From: a virus
Lineage: Duplodnaviria; Caudoviricetes
Strand: one strand, 5' to 3'
Length of the DNA stretch: 56,794 nt
Virus record (IMG/VR): IMGVR_UViG_3300042862_000073
Location: 1-56,794 of that record
The notes under the pieces are model-generated. The model was given only the letters and a program-made list of their open reading frames with translations. It had not been told where the DNA came from and ran no database searches. This document shows positions 47,131 to 56,794 of the stretch, one piece after another. The position numbers were made by a program, and so were the translations under genes. How positions within the stretch are numbered: the first letter of the stretch is position 1; each line of letters opens with the position of its first letter.

Positions 47131-48522
47131 TTATGCGTACAATAGACCGCATTGCTCGATTTTGAACCAGTCGAAACCGAATTGAGTCAACATGTAAACA
47201 ACATAGTTGTCGTTTGGTCCAAGGCGACGTGGAGAAGCTGCTCCATCATCCCAAACCTTCATGAAGCGATCTTCACCGTCCATAGACTTGTATGTTAATT
47301 CAACACAGTTGCGCAATACACCTTGAGCATCAGCAGACTTCTCAGCAGGGATAAAGAATCCATAATCCTTGAACTTAGCAGATGCAGTAGCTCCGAACAT
47401 AACTGGGTCATAAGACAAGTCAAATGATTTCAAGTTTAAGTTCTTACCATTCAAAGTGATGGTGCTGAATGCGAATGTAGACATCATTGTTTCGAAGTCA
47501 GTGTTGTTACCAAAGATGGTCTTAGCACTTTCTTGACGAGTAGATGCGATGTTTACGTTGTTAGTATAAGCCAACAATTCTTGCTCAGCAACAACATAAA
47601 GATCTTTAGATAACAAACCGATAAGGTCAGTTCCAACCCAGTTAGCTTTTAAGCCATTAACCAAGTTATAGAAGTCATCAATCAAAGTTGCAGAAGTCCA
47701 AGCCTCTTGAACAGCGCGATCCTTGAAAGTTTCAACCATACCCTTAGTAGTAGAAGGTTGTCCAGGAGAAGTTGTAACATCACCGTAGATCATTGAACCA
47801 ACCAATCCCAAAAGGTGACGGTATTCGTGTTGAGCAAACAAATGCGTGTGGAATCCTTTCAAAGACTTACCATCATCCATCATTACAGGATAAAGTTTGT
47901 CAGTCAAAGCATCACCAGTGATTTTAGCAGTTGTCTTGTGACGTTGCAATTGGAAAGAGAATTTCTCCCAGTAGCTAGCCTTTGCTTCAGGTTGAGCAGT
48001 ATCTTCATCAAAAGAAGAAGAGTAGATAACTAAAGTTGGAGTAGTAGTTCCCCAGTTAGTTCCGTCTAAAGTAACAACAGTGTAGGTAAAGTTACCTGAA
48101 CCTGCATCAACTTTAGCAACAACACGTCCTTTTTGCTCGTTGTCAAGGTTGATAACCAAGTCACCGATTGCAGGATATGCATAGTACTGAGTAGAAGTAG
48201 AATCAATCTCTTGAGAAGCGTTGTATGTGAAAACTTCTGTTGGAGATCCACCTGCCCAAGCTGAAATGTTAACAGCAGCTAATTTACTGTGGTAACGATT
48301 TTCTTCGAAGTGGAAACCACCATTAGAGTTCGTGATAACACGCTTAGCTCCTTGAGCGATTAATAGATTTAAGATCTCCAAACCTTGACCACCGAAACGG
48401 CGATACAATTTAGTTGATACGTCTGGAGGAAGTGCGTCAATAGACGACAAAAGCGTATGCTGGCCGTAATTCGCGGCGCCCGTACCATACGAGTGATTTA
48501 CAATTGGGTTAGTTGTAGCCAT
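47131..48522 (-). CDS. Major capsid protein
   Basis: 463 aa after portal and scaffold; strongly biased codon usage; followed by hairpin. Confidence 0.8.
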   Translation of the reverse strand: MATTNPIVNHSYGTGAANYGQHTLLSSIDALPPDVSTKLYRRFGGQGLEILNLLIAQGAKRVITNSNGGFHFEENRYHSKLAAVNISAWAGGSPTEVFTYNASQEIDSTSTQYYAYPAIGDLVINLDNEQKGRVVAKVDAGSGNFTYTVVTLDGTNWGTTTPTLVIYSSSFDEDTAQPEAKASYWEKFSFQLQRHKTTAKITGDALTDKLYPVMMDDGKSLKGFHTHLFAQHEYRHLLGLVGSMIYGDVTTSPGQPSTTKGMVETFKDRAVQEAWTSATLIDDFYNLVNGLKANWVGTDLIGLLSKDLYVVAEQELLAYTNNVNIASTRQESAKTIFGNNTDFETMMSTFAFSTITLNGKNLNLKSFDLSYDPVMFGATASAKFKDYGFFIPAEKSADAQGVLRNCVELTYKSMDGEDRFMKVWDDGAASPRRLGPNDNYVVYMLTQFGFDWFKIEQCGLLYA

Positions 48523-48553
48523 TTTATTAAAATGTTTTTATTTGTTGTGTTTT

Positions 48554-49702
48554 TTAAAAGCCTAACGCTGCACGAGTTGCCGATAAGTGTGGACTTTCCT
48601 TAATATCTCCTGACGGAGCGTCTTTACGGTCTACTACTTTTCCACCATTGTGTACACTTCTGATGGTATCTTCCTTCAGTTTGCCAGCCGCAGACTTCAG
48701 TACTTCTTTCATAATTTGTTCTCTGTTTTCTAACCATACCCGGTTTTCGAGAACTTTCATAGCCGTTTGTACGCCTTGTTCATCTGGAGCCATTCCAGTC
48801 ATGTATTGTTTGATCTCAGGGATATAACGGTCTAGATCCTCTTTGCTTACCGCGAAGTCTATAGTTACATCTCCAATATCTTCTACATTAACTTTAATAG
48901 GAATAGATTTCATCTTCTCCGGTACTTTTGATAGAACAGTTTCCCATTGTTGACTTCTTTCATCCGTAGCCCTTTGGCTATCATTGCGTTGCGTTTGCAA
49001 ATATGTGAAATAATCTTGATTAGTATCGAACTCCTTTCGTTTGTTTTCAATACTTTTCAACGCCTTCTGCGCTTCAATGCGAAGCCCAATAGGCATTTCA
49101 TCAACTGAATCGAACGTAGAGTCCACATCCATGTTGTTTTTGTGAGCCACGTATTCCATTACGCGGTCCAAACCAAGACCTGCTAACTCCTTATCATTTA
49201 AGATTTCTAAAATAGCCAAAGCCTTTACAGGATTGGTTTTCAGAGAATCATCTGATGTGTTAAGGATTGTAGCTGCTAAATTCAAATCATCAATACCCGT
49301 TGAACGTACAAAGTTATTTAGACGGTGGATTGTATCATTTGCAAACGGATTTTTGATATCACGTGCAAATGGAACGATGTCCTCAACCTCTTTATACTTA
49401 GCAGCATCATCCTTATATCCTTTTGACGCATTAACATAGCTCTTCAACTCATCCATTGAATTAAAGCCTAGTTCCGTAAAATCAAATGAAGGATTTGCTG
49501 GCGGCTCCGAACTTGGTTCATCTGAAGAAACAGCAGCCAACTCCTCTTGAGTTATAACTGGCGTTTCAATAGCTGGTTCTTCCGGAGCTTCTGGCATTGT
49601 GTATTTTTGCATCTCCTGTTCGATGCGATCTTGTGACCATCCTTCGATAGCCGCATTTGCAGCAACCTCTGCTGGCAAATAGTTGTTTTCGTTACCTTCC
49701 AT
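48554..49702 (-). CDS. Putative scaffolding protein (crAss gene 77-like position)
   Basis: Acidic, helical; between portal and MCP. Confidence 0.65.
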   Translation of the reverse strand: MEGNENNYLPAEVAANAAIEGWSQDRIEQEMQKYTMPEAPEEPAIETPVITQEELAAVSSDEPSSEPPANPSFDFTELGFNSMDELKSYVNASKGYKDDAAKYKEVEDIVPFARDIKNPFANDTIHRLNNFVRSTGIDDLNLAATILNTSDDSLKTNPVKALAILEILNDKELAGLGLDRVMEYVAHKNNMDVDSTFDSVDEMPIGLRIEAQKALKSIENKRKEFDTNQDYFTYLQTQRNDSQRATDERSQQWETVLSKVPEKMKSIPIKVNVEDIGDVTIDFAVSKEDLDRYIPEIKQYMTGMAPDEQGVQTAMKVLENRVWLENREQIMKEVLKSAAGKLKEDTIRSVHNGGKVVDRKDAPSGDIKESPHLSATRAALGF

Positions 49703-49706
49703 GTTG

Positions 49707-52016
49707 TTATAGATTACCTGATATTTCTACTTCTTTTTGCTTCTCCAAAGTACCTTCTTGTGCAAGCTCAGCCATTCTATGGTTGTGTTTAACTTGTTCA
49801 AGTAGCGCCTTTTGCTGATACTCGGTAAGCATTTGATCTGTTTTTAATTGTTGAACAGCCATGTCAGCTTGTGCCTTAGCTTGCTGAGCCATCATAGCCG
49901 ACTGTTGTTGCGCCTGTGCATTCATCTGCATCATCTTCTCCTTTTGACCTTGAATCTCGCGCTTAGAACGCTCTTCTGACAAAGTCAAATACCATGAAGC
50001 AAACTCATCGTTCCCCTTCTCAAGTTCCTTCTCTATAAATAGATAGTCACCCATTGTAATTCCAGGCTGACCGCTTTTACCTACTTTCATAGATTCTAGG
50101 GCGGCTTGCATAATTATCTGTTTGCGTTGAGCTGAAGGAGTTGAAACTAATGTGATTCCAATTTGGTCAAGAGTCAAATCCTCAAATGAATTTAAGGCAT
50201 TCATCTTCTCTTTACCTAATAGATTAGAATAATACTTCTCTACCTCTTTATCAAACTTAATATTCGTTCTAGTCATAAGGATAGCCTTTCTAGCAGCCTT
50301 CTCCTTAAATCTCATCAATGCCTTTTTAAGAGGATACATCGCGTGGTTAGTTGAATCAACTTCCATTTGAGCTAATCCTAATCCCTGTTCGGAATTATTT
50401 GTAGGTTGAGCAGCCATAGCAGGAGTAATACCTGCAAGGTCCATAATACGATTCATGTCATCCTGCCAGCAGGTTAACCATTCTTGAAGCTGTGGTCCTA
50501 TTCCTCCAGGAAGTTCCTGAATAGAGCTAGCTCCACCACCCTTGTTTAATATGTCTGTCTTAGACTGAATGAATTGATTACCTGTTTGACGGCGGATACG
50601 AATAAGCTCCAATGGAGTCATCTTACCAAATCCCATATCCATATTAGACAATAATCCAATATCAATCATAAGACCTTTAGGTGCTGCACTCCATTTAGCG
50701 GCTTGCAACTTAATCCATGTCAACATTAATGAGTCAAGATGCGGCTTCCATCTTTCAACGATAGCCTTTCCTGGGACACGCTCAAAGAAATAGCTTAAAG
50801 CTACGTTTCCTTTAGAGTCACGCATCATATTCTTTTGCATACCGTAATCGTAAACGAATCTAGTACCCAAAATATAATTTCCTGTGTACAAGTTCTGCAC
50901 GCAGGTTACGTCTGTCTTTCTCTTACGTCCGTCAGCATATGGCTTTTTAATAACGCCATACTCTTCAGGAGCATATACATAAGTTCCGTCCTTCTTCTCA
51001 CGACCTGTAAAATAGTCGTAGTCATTAGACTTGTATTCAAAGTGAAGAACTTCAACAACGAAATCCTCCCAAATATAACGTCCTGTTACAGGGTCCTTGC
51101 GATTGAAGTTAAAATCCTTATCGCTATAACCTTGAGTTTCATAATATATTCTCGCAAGCTGCTCGAGGTCTTGTGGACTAGCACCCAAATTAAGTAGCTT
51201 ATGCTTAATATCCTTAATTTGAACCCTCTCAATATGGCCTGCAAATGCCGGTTCTGCTTCTTCACTTTCGTCAATATATGCTGTTACAAATGCTGCTGGA
51301 TTAATAAACTTCATCTTTGTTGATCCATCATCATCAGTATAGACACGCCCAACGCAAAAATTAGTTTCAATTAATTTCTCAATTGTTCTCAATCTAATCT
51401 TATCCCAATCACTAATTTGAAATACGTGCTCTGCGATATCAGCCATTGCCATTTCCAACGGCAACTTAAAGCCATGATATCTCTCGTACATATCTAATTC
51501 CGTTTCGTTAGCAGGAACCCAAGGATAATCCTTAGTAGGGATTCCAATCTGCTCGCGTAGTGGATTGATTAGCTTATCATCATAATACAATTTCCACTTC
51601 TCATAAGCCTTTTGATAGCTAGCCTCCTGATTCAAAGATTCAACATGAACTTTAAAATCACTTGCGCTAAGCATAGACTTAATTGTAGAAATGAATTTAG
51701 GAGCAGGACTCACAATCTCATAACTAACGTTGGTATATGCCTTACGAGAATATTCTGTGAAGTTTCTATCCGTACTATTCTTATCATTCTTAGTTCCTAG
51801 GAACCAGTCGCGATACGGCGCTGAAGATTGTCTTGACTCGGCGTAGTCGGTCATCATTTGAAACCATCCTGTAGCACTATGGCCAAACAGGGTTCTTCCA
51901 TTATACCATCTTGAATAGATAGCTTGACCCACCTGGCTAATAAAGCTAAGCGACTCTTTTTGCTCTCTAGGTACATTATCGGACGGAAAACCGATTATTT
52001 CGCTGAATTTCAACAT
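49707..52016 (-). CDS. Portal protein
   Basis: 769 aa after TerL; FP.D.V....K start, PKF motif, Q-rich C-terminal helical barrel. Confidence 0.85.
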   Translation of the reverse strand: MLKFSEIIGFPSDNVPREQKESLSFISQVGQAIYSRWYNGRTLFGHSATGWFQMMTDYAESRQSSAPYRDWFLGTKNDKNSTDRNFTEYSRKAYTNVSYEIVSPAPKFISTIKSMLSASDFKVHVESLNQEASYQKAYEKWKLYYDDKLINPLREQIGIPTKDYPWVPANETELDMYERYHGFKLPLEMAMADIAEHVFQISDWDKIRLRTIEKLIETNFCVGRVYTDDDGSTKMKFINPAAFVTAYIDESEEAEPAFAGHIERVQIKDIKHKLLNLGASPQDLEQLARIYYETQGYSDKDFNFNRKDPVTGRYIWEDFVVEVLHFEYKSNDYDYFTGREKKDGTYVYAPEEYGVIKKPYADGRKRKTDVTCVQNLYTGNYILGTRFVYDYGMQKNMMRDSKGNVALSYFFERVPGKAIVERWKPHLDSLMLTWIKLQAAKWSAAPKGLMIDIGLLSNMDMGFGKMTPLELIRIRRQTGNQFIQSKTDILNKGGGASSIQELPGGIGPQLQEWLTCWQDDMNRIMDLAGITPAMAAQPTNNSEQGLGLAQMEVDSTNHAMYPLKKALMRFKEKAARKAILMTRTNIKFDKEVEKYYSNLLGKEKMNALNSFEDLTLDQIGITLVSTPSAQRKQIIMQAALESMKVGKSGQPGITMGDYLFIEKELEKGNDEFASWYLTLSEERSKREIQGQKEKMMQMNAQAQQQSAMMAQQAKAQADMAVQQLKTDQMLTEYQQKALLEQVKHNHRMAELAQEGTLEKQKEVEISGNL

Positions 52017-52022
52017 TGGTTA

Positions 52023-52030
52023 CAAATATA
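52023..52030 (-). promoter_or_regulatory. Bacteroidota -7 element upstream of portal
   Basis: TATATTTG on - strand a few nt before the ATG. Confidence 0.5.
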
Positions 52031-52076
52031 GATATAACAGCACGCTAAAAAACATACTTTTTGATTTTTATTCAAC

Positions 52077-54452
52077 CTAATCAAAAAATTCTAGCAGGTT
52101 GTCCATAACTCTCGTTGAATTAGCCTCTTGCATATATTTAGGAAAGGCACTCTTAGCTCCAAGCAGAGCCATTCCTCCTGCGGCAAATAAGTCATAGTTA
52201 GTCATCTCGCTAGGGTCATTAATCTCAAGACACTCCTCTAAAAGTTCTATGTGGTTATCACCTTTCCCAAATAGGCGGATGTAATTCATGTACTCAGTAA
52301 AGATTTGTTCCTTGTCGGCTTCCGTTGTATATCGACCTGGAGCTTGGGCTAACTTCCCATTAGGATCTAAATCATTTAGTAGATATCCCTCATAACCCCA
52401 CTCACGGAACTTATCAATAACGATAGGCACGTTACGCTCAGGATAAACATGCGCTCCAAATAGAATAGCTAACTTCAACATATCCTCGCAATAGGTGTTA
52501 CCGTCATCAACACGAATGTTGTACGTTACAACAAATTTATTGCTTATCCATTGGTCAACCGGCTTATCCATACTATCAAATGCTGGATCGTGCTTATAAA
52601 ACATAGCACCACCACCATTAGACTTCCTACGGCCCTTCACGTCCCTGTTATTGAACTTAAATGGGTCACACCCTAATATGTATCTATTTACAACATCAGG
52701 TGAAGGATACCATGTGTTTGCCTCGCTATCGAAGTACTTCTTATTCCTCTGGTCCTCTGATGGTATATATGAAACAACATACTTTCCTTCCGGATCATCT
52801 GTAACTCTAACATTACTTCCAAATGCACCTACCCAATCTAATCTAACCGTTCTAGTTCTAAACAGTCGGTCAAACTTTAATTGGTTAATACGTGTTCTAA
52901 GAATAGAAAGGTCGAAGTTGTTATTCTTACTTGCTTTAGAGGCGGCTTCCTGAAGTGTCCAGGGGTTATCCCTAATCTCTCCATTTAATCGTAGGTCAAG
53001 TCCCTTCTCCTCTAAATCCTTTCTTGTATTCATTAAGATTGTTTTGGATCCTCTGGAAACCATGTTTCCCTCCAAATTTCTAATAGGCTCCATTGGATCT
53101 TCAATGATTGAGTTGCCGTACTCGTCCACACATTCGTCATAGCCGTCATATGCGGGGACGAAAAGGGTGTATAATCCGCTTGTTGTAAATCCGTTTTCGT
53201 TTCGCTCATCGTAATATGAAGATTTAATTAGATCAAAAAATTCTTTACCCCCACCTGCCTCGAACTCACCAAGTGTTGATGTGAACATGGCTAATCCGTT
53301 AATACGCAAACCTTGAGATAGACATTTACGAACAACGTCCTGCCATCTTCTTGGAATAGATACACCTGAGTCACCATGCTTACCACCCTCATCATCTAGA
53401 TAGGCGTGCAGCTTCTGTCCATCAAATGCCCTTTCACTAGATGCACGCGATTCAATCCAACCGTCATGGCTAGATATTCTATTTTGAGCTACCCCTTGTG
53501 TTCTTGCAGCAGGATATGTAAACGATAACTTTTCCTTTGGGAAGTCAGTTCCGTCATGAGCAGGTTTCAAAAAGAACGGTATCTTTCTCCAAGGTTTAAT
53601 TACCTTGTCTATATAAACGTCCTCCTTAGCCTGACGCTCTGTGATGGATTGTATTCCACCCTTCTGTTGTTTGCGTTCTGTTGTGATACAATACAATATA
53701 CAGGCGGCTTGCGAAGTTGCTCCAATACGGCGGCGTTTAGGAAAGATGTAACCATAGCAGGTTCTATATCCCATATCCACAACATATTTACCCTCATCAA
53801 CATAGGCTGCTGGATGCTTAGAAGCAAAATCTTCTGCATTCTTTACTCGTTGAAAGAACTTAGTTTTAATGTTACCCTCATTTCTGTAAGTAACCCTGTA
53901 TTTATAAACAGCCTCAGTTGTTGTATAGCAGTGCTTTGCAAAAATAAATATGCGGCGATCCAAATCTCGATACCACGGAAGTGAATCCTGTCGAGTTTCA
54001 TTTTGAATATCCCAGTAGTTAAGATAGATATAATGCCAACCATCTATGTATGTTGGCACTCCATTATTGAAGAACCAGTATCCCTGATAACGTCTTTTGA
54101 TTTGAACTTGAATCCACTCAATCTCATTTCTATACTCAAGTCGATTAGACTCCAACTCAGAATATATATCCTCCTGCGTAACAGCCTCCCTCTTCTTTAA
54201 CTTGTTCTTCTTCCGGATAATCTCTTGTATGCTCTTTAGCTTCTCAGGAACCTCCTGATGCTTAAACCTTTGATTTTTAGGATGCAGGCCATATCCATCA
54301 ATAAGTTGAATTGCCTCATCCCAATCTTTACCATAGAAGGATTCAACCGAAGGAAGCTTTATCTTAATCGTTTCAAGGATAGGGTCATGCTCGTGATACA
54401 CGGCATACTCTAGTTCCTGCTTATATTCGTTATGCCATTTACTAGTTGCCAA
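52077..54452 (-). CDS. terL: Terminase large subunit
   Basis: KRRRIGAT Walker A variant, YLDDEGGK Walker B, FTST coupling motif, ILGCDPF nuclease motif, late D..AAGGMAL. Confidence 0.92.
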   Translation of the reverse strand: MATSKWHNEYKQELEYAVYHEHDPILETIKIKLPSVESFYGKDWDEAIQLIDGYGLHPKNQRFKHQEVPEKLKSIQEIIRKKNKLKKREAVTQEDIYSELESNRLEYRNEIEWIQVQIKRRYQGYWFFNNGVPTYIDGWHYIYLNYWDIQNETRQDSLPWYRDLDRRIFIFAKHCYTTTEAVYKYRVTYRNEGNIKTKFFQRVKNAEDFASKHPAAYVDEGKYVVDMGYRTCYGYIFPKRRRIGATSQAACILYCITTERKQQKGGIQSITERQAKEDVYIDKVIKPWRKIPFFLKPAHDGTDFPKEKLSFTYPAARTQGVAQNRISSHDGWIESRASSERAFDGQKLHAYLDDEGGKHGDSGVSIPRRWQDVVRKCLSQGLRINGLAMFTSTLGEFEAGGGKEFFDLIKSSYYDERNENGFTTSGLYTLFVPAYDGYDECVDEYGNSIIEDPMEPIRNLEGNMVSRGSKTILMNTRKDLEEKGLDLRLNGEIRDNPWTLQEAASKASKNNNFDLSILRTRINQLKFDRLFRTRTVRLDWVGAFGSNVRVTDDPEGKYVVSYIPSEDQRNKKYFDSEANTWYPSPDVVNRYILGCDPFKFNNRDVKGRRKSNGGGAMFYKHDPAFDSMDKPVDQWISNKFVVTYNIRVDDGNTYCEDMLKLAILFGAHVYPERNVPIVIDKFREWGYEGYLLNDLDPNGKLAQAPGRYTTEADKEQIFTEYMNYIRLFGKGDNHIELLEECLEINDPSEMTNYDLFAAGGMALLGAKSAFPKYMQEANSTRVMDNLLEFFD

Positions 54453-55110
54453 CTTCCGGGAACATTTGGTTTGATTTCATTTTTCCTGGCGGCTTCGAAT
54501 CAGGTGCAAACATCATGTACTCCTCTGGTCTAATCCCTAAATTATCTTGAGCAAGAAACTTTGTAATCTCATTCTCAAGTGCCTTTGTTGTTTCACCCTG
54601 CATAAATCTTGTGCGAGCATCACTTAGCTGCTTACGTATAGATTCAATATTTCCGATGTGGTTCTTTTGGTCAACTGCATCTTCAGGCATAGACATCTCA
54701 AGTAGGTCGTACAGGATTTCTTCTGCACGAATCATGATAGCCCAATCCTCCGGTTGTTGTAAACGAAGGAATAGAACAATCTTAGCTCTTACGTTTGCGT
54801 TCTTGTTTAACAGAACATCATTGTATATCTGTGGATATGAACCATCTAGCTCAGGCTCAAGACCTAACTCTCTCAAGGCCCAAGTCTTTCTTTTACTTAA
54901 CTGCGGATACGCGTCTATACCTGGACTTCCTGGGCTATACATCAAGATGATATATCTCAATACAAAGTCGGGAGTTATCTCAGGCGGCAATCCAAAGTTG
55001 TTAGCGAAAACAGTTCCGTGCTGAGCTAGGTCAGGAAACTTGAATACAACCTGCTCCGTACTTGGAACGCGGTCTATTCTGTATTTCATTTTAGAATACT
55101 TATTCTCCAT
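54442..55110 (-). CDS. Hypothetical protein, possible terminase small subunit
   Basis: Helical protein overlapping TerL start. Confidence 0.5.
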   Translation of the reverse strand: MENKYSKMKYRIDRVPSTEQVVFKFPDLAQHGTVFANNFGLPPEITPDFVLRYIILMYSPGSPGIDAYPQLSKRKTWALRELGLEPELDGSYPQIYNDVLLNKNANVRAKIVLFLRLQQPEDWAIMIRAEEILYDLLEMSMPEDAVDQKNHIGNIESIRKQLSDARTRFMQGETTKALENEITKFLAQDNLGIRPEEYMMFAPDSKPPGKMKSNQMFPEVGN

Positions 55111-55828
55111 CTATCTTAGCCATTATAATGTGGGACTGAATAAAAACAAACGGATCCATTGTTCTGTTATAGGAAAATTCCAAATCAACAGGAGCTCCTC
55201 TAAACGTCTTTATCCTTTCACCTACCTCGCAAGATACTGATTTCCATCCGCTTTTGAAAGGAAAGTTTTTCTTCCAGTCATATTTAATATCTCTACTTGG
55301 GGTATATACCACGTCAAAGATATCCGGTTCATCTCCCGAAGCTCCTTCGAGATGCTCAAGAATAATGAACTGGCTAATTTTTTTCATTGGAACACGCTTG
55401 CAAATAACATAGTCATTAAGCGCAAGAAATCCACTATCACTTTTTCTTAGAACCAATTCCTTATACGGAACAATTAAAAGGTGAACCATCTCTTCCCCAT
55501 CTTGATAGGCAAAATAGAAACTCTCATCCCTTTGTACGGTACAAATTTTGGCAATAGCATCAGGAGTAAACCAAACCTGATCACCCACCTCAACTTCTAC
55601 AGGACCATCCCACGAATAGTTAAGCGGTCCTAGGTCTGCCTTTGCGTTAACAGAAACAACAATACCACTGCGTGCAGCAAGCATAATTCTTGCCTCATCA
55701 CTCACAGCCTGTAGTGAAATCTTAGCGTTGTTTAATATAACGTCAGGTGTAATAACATATGGTATGCGAACCAATACTCTACCAACGCCTACGTTTAATG
55801 ATAGAGCCTCCTCCTTTGTGATTATCAT
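55100..55828 (-). CDS. Tandem GroES-like domain protein
   Basis: GRVLV..GIVVSV..VEVGDQVWF, then LNDYVIC..EVGERI..IQSHIIMA. Confidence 0.6.
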   Translation of the reverse strand: MIITKEEALSLNVGVGRVLVRIPYVITPDVILNNAKISLQAVSDEARIMLAARSGIVVSVNAKADLGPLNYSWDGPVEVEVGDQVWFTPDAIAKICTVQRDESFYFAYQDGEEMVHLLIVPYKELVLRKSDSGFLALNDYVICKRVPMKKISQFIILEHLEGASGDEPDIFDVVYTPSRDIKYDWKKNFPFKSGWKSVSCEVGERIKTFRGAPVDLEFSYNRTMDPFVFIQSHIIMAKIDGE

Positions 55829-55945
55829 AATATCTTGATTTAGTAGGGAATAACTTCCTGTTGTTTTGCATTCCCTGTAATGTACTTTTGTTTTGCCTTA
55901 CCTTCCTGTTAAGATTAGGAGCGTCATCGGATGCTCCTTTTCTTT

Positions 55946-56794
55946 TTATACAATCTTTCCGTCAATAATCATTTTATTATCTACCGTAAATTTTCCTGTA
56001 GCATCAAATTGCACTACGCAAAATCCATGCACCCAATCATTATGTGGCATATAGTCAGGATTCAATTCACATAGACAGCCAGTGGTGTAGGCTCCATGTA
56101 TAACATCGTGTATATCTCGCGTTACAAATTCCGACTTTCTGTGGAAGTGGCCGCATATTGTATTTCTCTTGGTCTTTAAATACAAGGCTCTGGCTGGTTG
56201 AACTGTTCCTCCACCTCTGTATTCGTGGCCGTGAATAATAAACAGATCACCTGCTATGGCAATCGTTTGTGATTCAACTAGCTTAACTCCACTCTCTCCA
56301 AATCTTAAAAGCATCTGAAGTTCAAACTCATCCGTTTCAATCCATTCAGGAGCCTTTATGCTTAACCATCTCTCTAGTCGATGCTCGTGGTTCCCAATCT
56401 TGTAGTAGATACCTGCTTTAGGAAAGGCGGCTCTCAATTCTTTGATGAACCATCTACCCTGCTCAAGTTCTACATTCATCTTTGGCTTGCTTGGATCCTT
56501 ATCAAAACTTGATAGGCCATAGAAATCTAAAATGTCCCCATTCAGATATACACAATTTACATTTTTAGCCAAGCCATATTGGATAGCCGCCCTTAACGCA
56601 TCCTCATCATGATATGGAATATGTATATCAGCTAGAACAAGAATATTATTATGATGACTAGGCAGAGTTAAAAAACTTGGAGATGACTTATATGATTTTG
56701 GTATATCCTGAAATGGATTATACTTATATTCAATAGGTCTATGTAACTCCTTATCCTTTCCAGATCTAGACTTACTTCCTTGAAGTCCCGATTT
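55946..56794 (-). CDS. Calcineurin-like metallophosphoesterase, 5' truncated
   Basis: Frame stays open upstream of 56572 to the window edge and adds ADIHIPYHD; GDILD, GNHE, HGHE and GHFH motifs. Confidence 0.88.
   Translation of the reverse strand, partial: KSGLQGSKSRSGKDKELHRPIEYKYNPFQDIPKSYKSSPSFLTLPSHHNNILVLADIHIPYHDEDALRAAIQYGLAKNVNCVYLNGDILDFYGLSSFDKDPSKPKMNVELEQGRWFIKELRAAFPKAGIYYKIGNHEHRLERWLSIKAPEWIETDEFELQMLLRFGESGVKLVESQTIAIAGDLFIIHGHEYRGGGTVQPARALYLKTKRNTICGHFHRKSEFVTRDIHDVIHGAYTTGCLCELNPDYMPHNDWVHGFCVVQFDATGKFTVDNKMIIDGKIV

Larger units (their letters stand above)
1..56794. other. Partial genome of a crAss-like podovirus of a probable Bacteroidota host
   Basis: Gene order TerL-portal-scaffold-MCP-ring proteins-muzzle-cargo; lysis cassette; dense small early ORFs; Bacteroidota-type promoters; no housekeeping operons, integrase or att site seen. 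Confidence 0.9.

Noticed and set aside
19652-55240. Many short + strand or off-frame ORFs inside the structural genes
   Set aside because: Fully nested in long, well-supported - strand CDSs with no independent signals; only the frames reached through the A10 run were kept
1-56794. Stop-codon reassignment as seen in some crAss-like phages
   Set aside because: Standard code 11 gives intact, tightly packed long genes, and TAG and TGA both act as real stops (for example TerL ends in TAG)
1-56794. tRNA or rRNA genes, integrase, reverse transcriptase/DGR, introns or inteins
   Set aside because: None recognised by eye; TerL, portal and MCP appear uninterrupted; a covariance-model scan is still needed to exclude small RNAs

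Overview
The whole window is part of a tailed dsDNA phage genome with a crAss-like (Crassvirales-type) podovirus virion module. The host is probably Bacteroidota: TAnnTTTG sigma70 promoters and A-rich, SD-less starts occur throughout. The + strand (1-17.5 kb) carries small early and middle genes, including an amidoligase plus class II glutamine amidotransferase pair, RecE/RecT, GroES, RusA, a MazG-like enzyme, an HNH protein and a divergent cluster of small basic proteins. The - strand (17.5-56.8 kb) carries a phosphoesterase, GroES-like protein, terminase, portal, scaffold, major capsid, collagen fibres, ring and muzzle proteins, ejection proteins (two giant polyvalent proteins flanking a ferritin), a tail fibre and a lysis cassette. 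The most striking element is a ~2 kb mostly non-coding region (491-2460). It contains five intact and one degenerate chromosomal parS site with no parB gene in the window, three Fur-box-like palindromes, IHF-like sites and about ten further different short palindromes, and looks like an array of host-protein binding sites. Also notable are an A10 slippage site in the largest virion gene whose two alternative frames both encode amphipathic tails, a strand-biased over-represented octamer (GCGGCTTC), and a candidate structured ncRNA. All protein calls come from motif recognition and synteny, not database searches.
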